Of a DNA stretch of 64,000 bases, positions 57,701 through 64,000 are shown piece by piece (the first letter of the stretch is position 1; the number at the start of each line of letters is the position of its first letter). This DNA comes from Nitrosopumilus sp. GTDB taxonomy: Archaea; Thermoproteota; Nitrososphaeria; Nitrososphaerales; Nitrosopumilaceae. The notes under the pieces are model-generated. The model was not told the origin of the DNA. It saw only the letters and a list, made by a program, of their open reading frames with translations, and ran no database searches. The DNA lies in NCBI GenBank assembly GCA_965205215.1, contig OZ242041.1, positions 1,056,001 through 1,120,000 on the forward strand. The letters are read 5' to 3'. Made by a program: the position numbers and the translations under genes.

Positions 57701-60700
57701 GACGGTCACCCTCGACGGCACGGGCTCCGCCGGAGACGGCATAACCTACAACTGGAACCAGGTATCGGGCCCCGACTCAGGGGTCGATCGCCGCGGTTCC
57801 GCGCGAACCACCTTTGCCGCCCCGGAGGGCCCCGCGACCCTCGTGTTCGAGCTTACCGTATCTGGGAGGGGGCAGAATGTCGATGATGACGATATCGATC
57901 CTGAGCGGGTGGACACCGTCACGGTCACAGTCCTGGCGCCCGCCAAGGCCGACGCGGGGCCCGACCTGGACGTGCTCCCGGGCGACACGGTAACCCTCGA
58001 CGGCTCAAACTCGACGGGCGACGGCCTCACCTTTTCCTGGGAGCAGACGGGCGGCGGCGCAGACGTCGTCCTGAACCCTGTAAGGCTCGCGCCGGCGGGC
58101 GGCCTGCCGTCTGATGACCCCGACCACGCGGCCGCCCCAGCTGACCCGTCCGACATCGCCATCTACGCGCCGACGTCGGCGTCCGCCGCCGGCCGCACAC
58201 ACGCCGTGGTCCCCTCGTTCTCCGGCGACGCCGTCCACGTGATCGACCTGTCGGACCCCGCCGCGCCCGCAGCCACCGACTTGATCGACGCCAAGAGCGG
58301 CATCCTGCTCAACGGCGCCACGGACGTCGCCGTCTTCCACATAGACGGCCACCCCTACGCCGCCGTCGCCTCGTTCTTTGACAACGCCGTCCAGATACTC
58401 TACATCAGCGATCCCGACAGCATAACACACGGGGGCAACATACGAGACGGCACGTCCCTCAAGCTTGAGGGCGCCAGCGGCATCGCCACCTTCGAGGCCG
58501 GCGGCCTCCCCTACGCCGCCGTCGCCTCGTCCATAGACAACGGCGTCCAGCTGATAGACCTGACCAGTCCCGAGGGCCCAGCGGCGGAGGGCAGTATCGC
58601 CGACACGGGCTCCACCCTGCTTGAGGGCGCCACCGCCATCGCCACCTTCGAGCACGGCGGCCGTACGTACGCCGCCGTCGCCTCGTACATAGACAACGGC
58701 GTCCAGCTGATAGACGTGTCCGACCCCTCAAGACCGCGGGCGGCGGGCCATCTTGCCGACGGCGGCTCCACCCTGCTCGGCGGCGCCAGCGGCATCGCCA
58801 CCTTTGACATATCGGGTACCGCATACGCCGCCGTCGCCTCGTACATAGACAACGGCGTCCAGCTGGTAGACGTGTCCGACCCCGGAAACCCGCGGGCGGC
58901 GGGCCGGCTCGCCGACAACGGCACCCTCCTGCTCGACGGCGCCAGCGACATAGCCGTCTTCGAGGCCGGCGGCCGCACCTACGCCGCCGTCGCCTCGTCC
59001 GAGGACGACGGCGTCCAGATGATCGACCTTACGGACCCCCAGAACCCGAGGCCGGTGCGCGGCCTTCCCAACGCGGGGTCACTCCTGCTTGACGTCGCGA
59101 GAAACATAGCGGTCTTCGGCGCGGGGACGGGCACCTACGCGGCCGTCGCCTCGCCGGACGGCGTCCAGATCATCGACGTCCTGGATTTTGCCGCCCCCTA
59201 CTTCACCGCCCCCGCCACCCCGGGCACCCTGAACTTTACGCTCACCGTGACGGATCCGCTGTCCCAGACGGACGAGGACGCGGTGACCGTAACGGTATTC
59301 GAGCCCCCGCGGGCCGACGCCGGCACGGACAGGCTGGTCGCCCCGGGTGACACCGTCGCGCTGGACGGCTCGAACTCCACGGGGGGCGGCCGCCTCTCCT
59401 TTTCGTGGGAGCAGACCGGCGGCGGCTCGGACGTCGACCTGGACCTTGAGACCCTCCTTGCGGCGGGCCGCGTACCGGACGGCCGCACCCTCGAGCTTGA
59501 CGGCGCCCGCGCCGTCGACATATTCAGGGCCGGGTCGGGCGGTGACGCCCGCACGTACGCCGCCGTCGCCTCGTTCAACGACGACGGCGTCCAGCTCCTA
59601 GACATTACGGACCCCGCAGACCCGCGGCCGGCCGGCCGCGTACCGGACGGCGCCTCCACCCAGCTCAACGGCGCCCGCGGCATAACAGCCTTCGAGCGCG
59701 GCGGCCACACGTACGCGGCAGTCACCTCGCTGTATAGCGACGGCCTCCAGATAGTCAACATGTCCGACCCCGACGACCCGCGGGGTGTGGGCCGCCTCCG
59801 AGACACGGGCGCCACCCTGCTTGACGACCCCTACGGCGTCGCCACATTCGAGCGCGGCGGCCGCACGTACGCCGCGGTCGCCTCCCAGTTCGCAGACGGC
59901 GTCCAGATAGTCGATTTGTCCGACCCCTCAAGACCGCGGGCGGCGGGCCAGATAGAAGACGACGCCTCCACCCTGCTCGACGGCGCCAGCGGCATCGCCG
60001 CCTTCGAGCGCGGCGGCCGCACGTACGCGGCCGTCACCTCGTTGCATAATGCCGGCCTCCAGCTGATAGACGTGTCCGATCCCTCAGACCCGCGGGCGGC
60101 GGGCCAGATACGGGACAACAGCACCCTCCTGCTCGCCGGCGCGTACGGCATCGCTACCTTCGACATATCGGGCACCACCTACGCCGCCGCCGCCTCGTTC
60201 TCTGACAACGGCGTCCAGCTCATAGACGTGTCGGATCCCTCAGACCCGCGGGCGGCGGGCCACATACGGGACGGCGGCACCCTAGAGCTCAGGGGCGCCC
60301 AGGACATCACCGTCTTCGAGCACGGCGGCCGCACGTACGCGGCCGTCGCCTCGTTCCACGACGACGGCGTCCAGCTCATAGACGTGTCAGACCCCGCAGA
60401 CCCGCGGGCGGCGGGCCGGATAAAGGACGCCGGCCCCACCCTGCTTGACGGCGCCGCCGGCATCGCCGCCTTCGAGCACGGCGGCACCGTATACGCGGCC
60501 GTCGCCTCGGAACGCGACGACGGCGTCCAGCTGGTTCCGCTCTTCTCCCCGGCCGCCGCCCATTTCACCGCCCCGGAGCCAGGGCCGGAGGTCCTCGAGT
60601 TTACGCTTACCGTCACCGACTCGGTATCACAGGAGGACGCCGACACGGTGGCCATAACAGTCCAGGCCCCCCCGACGGCCGACGCCGGCGCCGACCGGCT

Positions 60701-63062
60701 GGCGGGCCCGGGCCAGACGGTGGTCTTGGACGCGTCCGGCTCGGAGGGCACCGGCATCACCCACTCGTGGGAGCAGACGGGGGGCGAAGCCGGCGTGACG
60801 CTGGGTTTGGGCCCCCCCGAGCCGGCGGGCCGGCTCGCCGGTCTGGGCCCCCACACGATCGACGGCGCGTACGAGGCCGCCCTCTTCGAGCATAACGGCG
60901 CCACGTACGCCGCCGCCACCGCGTCGTACGGCGACGCAGTCTGGATCGCCGACCTCTCCGACCCCGACAGCCCGCGGGCCGCCGGCCTCCTGGCAGACAA
61001 CAGCACACTCCTGCTTGACAACGCCCGCGGCATCGCCGCCTTCGAGCACAACGGTACAACGTACGCCGCCGTCGCCTCACGCACAGACCACGGCGTCCAG
61101 CTGATAGACCTCTCAAACCCCTCAGACCCGCGGGCGGCGGGCCGTATCGCCGACAACGGCACCCTCCTGCTCTACGGCGCGTTTGACATCGCCCTCTTCG
61201 AGCATAACGGCGACACCTACGCCGCCGTCGCCTCACGCGTAGACTACGGCGTCCAGCTGATAGACCTCTCCGACCCCTACCATCCGCGGGCGGCGGGCCA
61301 CATACGCGACACGGACTCCACACTGCTCCGCGGCGCGTGGGGCATCGCCACCTTCCACATATCGGGCGCCCCCTACGCCGCCGTCACCTCAGAATTTGAC
61401 CACGGCGTCCAGCTGATAGACCTCTCCGACCCCGACAGCCCGCGGACGGCGGGCCGGATAGGGGACAACGGCACCCTCCTGCTCCACGGCGCGTTTGATG
61501 TAGCCCCCTTCGAGCACGGCGGCGCCACGTACGCCGCGGTCACCACGTTCAACGAAGGCGGCGTCCAGCTGATAGACCTCTCCGACCCCGACAGCCCGCG
61601 GGCGGCGGGCCAGATACGGGACAGCGGCTCCACCCTGCTTGACACACCCAACGGCATCGCCGTCTTCGGGCATGGCGGCCGCACCTACGCCGCGGTGGCC
61701 GAATTTGACGGCCACGGCGTCCAGCTGATAGACCTCTCCGACCCCGACAACCCGCGGGCGGCGGGCCAGATACGGGACAGCGGCTCCACCCTGCTCCGCG
61801 GCGCCCAGGGCGTCGCCACATTCGAGTCCGGCGGCGCCACGCACCTCGTCGTCACCGGGTTTCATGACGATGCCGTCCAGCTCCTCCGCATCCCGGGCAC
61901 GGCGTTCACCGCCCCGGGCTCCCCCGGCCCCCTCGAGTTTACGCTCACCGTGACGGACTCGCAGAACCAGACGGACACCGACACGGTGACAGTGACGGTC
62001 CCGCACCCGCCGACGGCCGACGCCGGGGGGGACCGGACGGCCGCCCCGGGCCAGACGGTCACGCTGGACGGCTCGAAATCCGCGGGGACGGGCCTCGCCT
62101 ACTCATGGAACCAGACGGGGGGCGCCCCGGTGGCCCTGGAGACCGTCCGCCCCCGGACGGCGGGCGGCCTGCAGGGCGGCGACTTTTCGGCGAGATTCGG
62201 CAACAGCTACGTCGACACCTTCGAGGCGTCCGGCTCCACGTACGGCGCGGTCGCCTCGGCCTTCGGCGAGGGCGTCCAGCTGATAGACCTGTCCGACCCG
62301 CACAACCTGACGGCCGCGGGCCGCCTGATGGACGGGGACGCCCCCGCCGGCGAGCTCCTGCTTACAGGGACGTACGGCCTGGACGTGTTCGAGGCCCGCG
62401 CCCCGGGCGCCGCCGCTAAAACCTACGCGGCCGTCGCCTCGGAGCGCGAGGACGGCGTCCAGCTCATCGATTTGTCCGACCCCGACAACCCGAGGGCGGC
62501 GGGCCGGATCGGGGACAACAGCACGCTCGAGCTCGACGGCGCCCGCAGCGTCGCCGCCTTTTACATATCGGGCGCGGCGTACGTCGCCGTCGCCTCGCCT
62601 AACGACGACGGCCTCCAGCTCATAGACATGTCGGATCCCGGTAGCCCGCGGGCGGCGGGCCGGATCGCGGACACCGAGCCTGACGGCGCGGCCGTCCCCC
62701 CCATAACGGTCAACAACGAGCTCCTGCTTGACGGCGCCAGCGGCGTCGCCGTCTTCGAGGCAGGCGGCCGCACCTACGCCGCGGTCGCCTCGTTCCACGA
62801 CGACGGCGTCCAGCTGGTAGACGTGTCGGACCCCGCAAACCCGCGGCCGGCGGGCCGCATCGGGGACACCGAGCCTGACGGCGCGGCCGTCCCCCCCATA
62901 ACGGCAGAAAGCGAGCTCCTGCTCAACGGCGCCTACGGCATCGACGTCTTCGGGGCGGGGTCCGGGGTATACGCGGCCGTCGCCTCGCAATTAGACCACG
63001 GCGTCCAGCTCATAGACGTGTCGGACCCCTCAGAACCCGAGGGCCGCCGGCATGATATCTGA
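54744..63062 (+). CDS. Giant secreted surface protein: LVIVD-like beta-propeller blocks plus PKD/Ig-like domains (N-terminal part, frameshifted near 63030)
   Basis: Signal peptide 'AEPAFAQ'; ~45-aa repeats 'FEHGG.TYAAVAS..D.GVQLIDLSDP..PRAAG.I.D...LL.GA..IA'; PKD 'ADAGPD..V..G.TV.LDGS.S.G....SWEQT.G'. Confidence 0.88.
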   Translation: MRLRTAAACLACVLAAAAVAWGVPPGTLAEPAFAQPGELTIIRPVGHISDNSTLLLDRSYDIAAFEHGGHAYAAVTAFRDHGLQIVSLADPHSPRAAGQLNDTESTLLKTPFAVAAFEHGGHAYAAVISSPSSGERGLQVISLADPDNPRAAGRLNDTGDTLLRDALDMATFEHNGATYAAVASFGEHGVQIVDLSDPADPRAAGRIGDDDGALELRGATAIATFEHNGATYAAVASQDDDGVQIINMSNPADPRAAGRIGDGDGGAYLSGAAGIATFGHGNRTYAAVTAADDAAVQLIDLSDPQNPRAAGSIIDGDFGDSEEHHVLLEGAAAIATFEAGGHTYAAVTSTAEPGVQFVDLSDPADPRAAGRIRDTGSTLLFGAISIAVFEAGTATYAAFASAEEDGVQVILLDGGNRTYADAGPDLEASAGGTVALDGSGSTGRDIDYSWEQTGGTPAVPLAGAGTPSPSFEAPGESAVLRFTLTVTDGANRTDTDTVTVRVHAATRADAGPDLYVEPGATVALDGSNSAGRGIDYSWEQTAGTPAVPLSGAATPSPSFEAPGAAATLEFTLTVTDASSQSDTDAVTVFVRTPQGQAFGPAGHYVTFDDDGDPIRVADLAVFEVSGSPYAVAAIPLGSSLQIVDLSNPASPRAAGQIRDTGSTLLGAAAAVATFEAGSGAATRPYAVASSSADRGLQIVDLSNPASPRAAGQIRDTNSTLLGGHRAIATFEVSGSPFAVALSSSSSGELGLQIVNLTDPQKPRAAGQLSADDSLILQTRLDDVTTFELDGAPFAAVTSLRTDGMVLMINLTDPYSPRMAGQLRDTGSTLLEGATAIAAFEHGGTVYAAAASSDDDGVQLINMSNPADPRAAGQIRDTGSTSLGAPEDIAIFELDGAPYAAVISKDEHAVQTIDLSDPQRPIPLDRLADDGSTLLLLPENIATFTVDTATYAAVTSGIEGGVQIVRLDAGGKGIAVAGPDQTVTSGQTVTLDGTGSAGDGITYNWNQVSGPDSGVDRRGSARTTFAAPEGPATLVFELTVSGRGQNVDDDDIDPERVDTVTVTVLAPAKADAGPDLDVLPGDTVTLDGSNSTGDGLTFSWEQTGGGADVVLNPVRLAPAGGLPSDDPDHAAAPADPSDIAIYAPTSASAAGRTHAVVPSFSGDAVHVIDLSDPAAPAATDLIDAKSGILLNGATDVAVFHIDGHPYAAVASFFDNAVQILYISDPDSITHGGNIRDGTSLKLEGASGIATFEAGGLPYAAVASSIDNGVQLIDLTSPEGPAAEGSIADTGSTLLEGATAIATFEHGGRTYAAVASYIDNGVQLIDVSDPSRPRAAGHLADGGSTLLGGASGIATFDISGTAYAAVASYIDNGVQLVDVSDPGNPRAAGRLADNGTLLLDGASDIAVFEAGGRTYAAVASSEDDGVQMIDLTDPQNPRPVRGLPNAGSLLLDVARNIAVFGAGTGTYAAVASPDGVQIIDVLDFAAPYFTAPATPGTLNFTLTVTDPLSQTDEDAVTVTVFEPPRADAGTDRLVAPGDTVALDGSNSTGGGRLSFSWEQTGGGSDVDLDLETLLAAGRVPDGRTLELDGARAVDIFRAGSGGDARTYAAVASFNDDGVQLLDITDPADPRPAGRVPDGASTQLNGARGITAFERGGHTYAAVTSLYSDGLQIVNMSDPDDPRGVGRLRDTGATLLDDPYGVATFERGGRTYAAVASQFADGVQIVDLSDPSRPRAAGQIEDDASTLLDGASGIAAFERGGRTYAAVTSLHNAGLQLIDVSDPSDPRAAGQIRDNSTLLLAGAYGIATFDISGTTYAAAASFSDNGVQLIDVSDPSDPRAAGHIRDGGTLELRGAQDITVFEHGGRTYAAVASFHDDGVQLIDVSDPADPRAAGRIKDAGPTLLDGAAGIAAFEHGGTVYAAVASERDDGVQLVPLFSPAAAHFTAPEPGPEVLEFTLTVTDSVSQEDADTVAITVQAPPTADAGADRLAGPGQTVVLDASGSEGTGITHSWEQTGGEAGVTLGLGPPEPAGRLAGLGPHTIDGAYEAALFEHNGATYAAATASYGDAVWIADLSDPDSPRAAGLLADNSTLLLDNARGIAAFEHNGTTYAAVASRTDHGVQLIDLSNPSDPRAAGRIADNGTLLLYGAFDIALFEHNGDTYAAVASRVDYGVQLIDLSDPYHPRAAGHIRDTDSTLLRGAWGIATFHISGAPYAAVTSEFDHGVQLIDLSDPDSPRTAGRIGDNGTLLLHGAFDVAPFEHGGATYAAVTTFNEGGVQLIDLSDPDSPRAAGQIRDSGSTLLDTPNGIAVFGHGGRTYAAVAEFDGHGVQLIDLSDPDNPRAAGQIRDSGSTLLRGAQGVATFESGGATHLVVTGFHDDAVQLLRIPGTAFTAPGSPGPLEFTLTVTDSQNQTDTDTVTVTVPHPPTADAGGDRTAAPGQTVTLDGSKSAGTGLAYSWNQTGGAPVALETVRPRTAGGLQGGDFSARFGNSYVDTFEASGSTYGAVASAFGEGVQLIDLSDPHNLTAAGRLMDGDAPAGELLLTGTYGLDVFEARAPGAAAKTYAAVASEREDGVQLIDLSDPDNPRAAGRIGDNSTLELDGARSVAAFYISGAAYVAVASPNDDGLQLIDMSDPGSPRAAGRIADTEPDGAAVPPITVNNELLLDGASGVAVFEAGGRTYAAVASFHDDGVQLVDVSDPANPRPAGRIGDTEPDGAAVPPITAESELLLNGAYGIDVFGAGSGVYAAVASQLDHGVQLIDVSDPSEPEGRRHDI

Positions 63063-64000
63063 CGGCGGCGCCCTCGCGCTCTACGGCGCCAGCCGCATCG
63101 CCGCCTTTGAGATCAACGGCTCCCCGTACGCCGCCGCCATGGGGCTCGACGGCGGCGTCCAGCTGATCGACTTGTCCGACCCGCAGAACCCGCGGGCGGC
63201 CGGCGTGGTAAGCGATCTCCCCCTGATAGCCAAGACCGGGAATGCCGCCGTCTTCGGGATTGGCACCGCCCTGTACGCAGCGGTCGCCGGCGGCGACGCG
63301 GTCCAGACCGTGTTCGTGGCGGACCCGGCCGCCCCCGCCTTTGACGTGCCCGACGACGCCGAACACGGCGGCACCCTCAACTTTACGCTCACCGTCACCG
63401 ACGCGGTGTCCCAGGAGTCCGCCGCGGATGAGGTCACCGTGACGGTCCTGGCGCCGCCGCGGGCCGACGCGGGGCCCGACGCGGTGACGGCCCGGAACCT
63501 GCTCGTCACCCTGGACGGCTCGAACTCGACGGGCTACAACATCGCCTACTCGTGGGAGCAGACGGCGGGCGCCCCTACGGTGACGCTCGCGGGGGCAGAC
63601 ACGGCCTCGCCCTCCTTCCAGGCGCCCGGCACCACCGCAACCCTCGAGTTCACCCTCACCGTCACGGACTCGGAGAACCGGACCGCGACGGACGCAGTCA
63701 ACGTGACCGTCCTGCCCCCGGCCCCCGCGGCCGACGCCGGGGAAAACGTGACGGTGGCCCCCGGCCATACGGTCGCGCTGGACGGCTCGGGCTCCACGGG
63801 CTCCGGCATCACCTTTTCGTGGGAGCAGACGGGGGGCGCCCCGGCCGTGCAGCTCACGGGCGCCGACACGGCCTCGCCCTCCTTCCGGGCGCCCGGCACC
63901 GCCGCAATCCTCGAGTTCACCCTCACCGTCACGGACTCGGCGAACCGGACCGCCGCGGCCGCCGTCCGGGTGACGGTCCCGCCGCCCCCCGTAGCCGACG
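63031..64000 (+). CDS. Continuation of the giant protein in the shifted frame; runs off the window end
   Basis: CAG AAC CCG AGG GCC GCC GGC = QNPRAAG..., followed by more blades and PKD repeats with no stop seen before 64000. Confidence 0.8.

Overview
High-GC window from an ammonia-oxidising archaeon (Nitrososphaerota, Nitrosopumilaceae-like). Evidence for the lineage: proteins with the 'IPxWIKNNAGWW' repeat, fused AhbAB, purS-purQ-purL-purF, a SelB-like protein, and TATA boxes about 25 nt upstream of apparently leaderless starts. High GC, giant repeat surface proteins and low-complexity insertions in housekeeping enzymes suggest a host-associated, Cenarchaeum-like symbiont (inference). Most of the window is housekeeping: ABC transporter, pepF, pdaD, tRNA-Thr(TGT), cysS, nadE, ahcY, metG, ubiX, tatA/C, purine cluster and heme/siroheme cluster. 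Accessory parts are a 1780-aa DUF285/P-domain/Ig surface protein, an Ig-repeat protein, a RelE-type toxin-antitoxin islet, and the 51.5-64 kb region. That last region is the most interesting. It has a 1.5-kb segment between 28-bp direct repeats that truncates a type ISP/Mrr-like nuclease gene, and a pair of inverted 11-6-11 tyrosine-recombinase (dif-like) sites around a TATA box. These are followed by a C8G14 tract, a decayed leader duplicate with (GAC)10(GGC)9, and a >3000-codon surface-protein gene with beta-propellers nested inside PKD domains and a +1 frameshift. Together these form a candidate phase-variable surface locus. No recombinase gene is visible in the window, so this remains a hypothesis.
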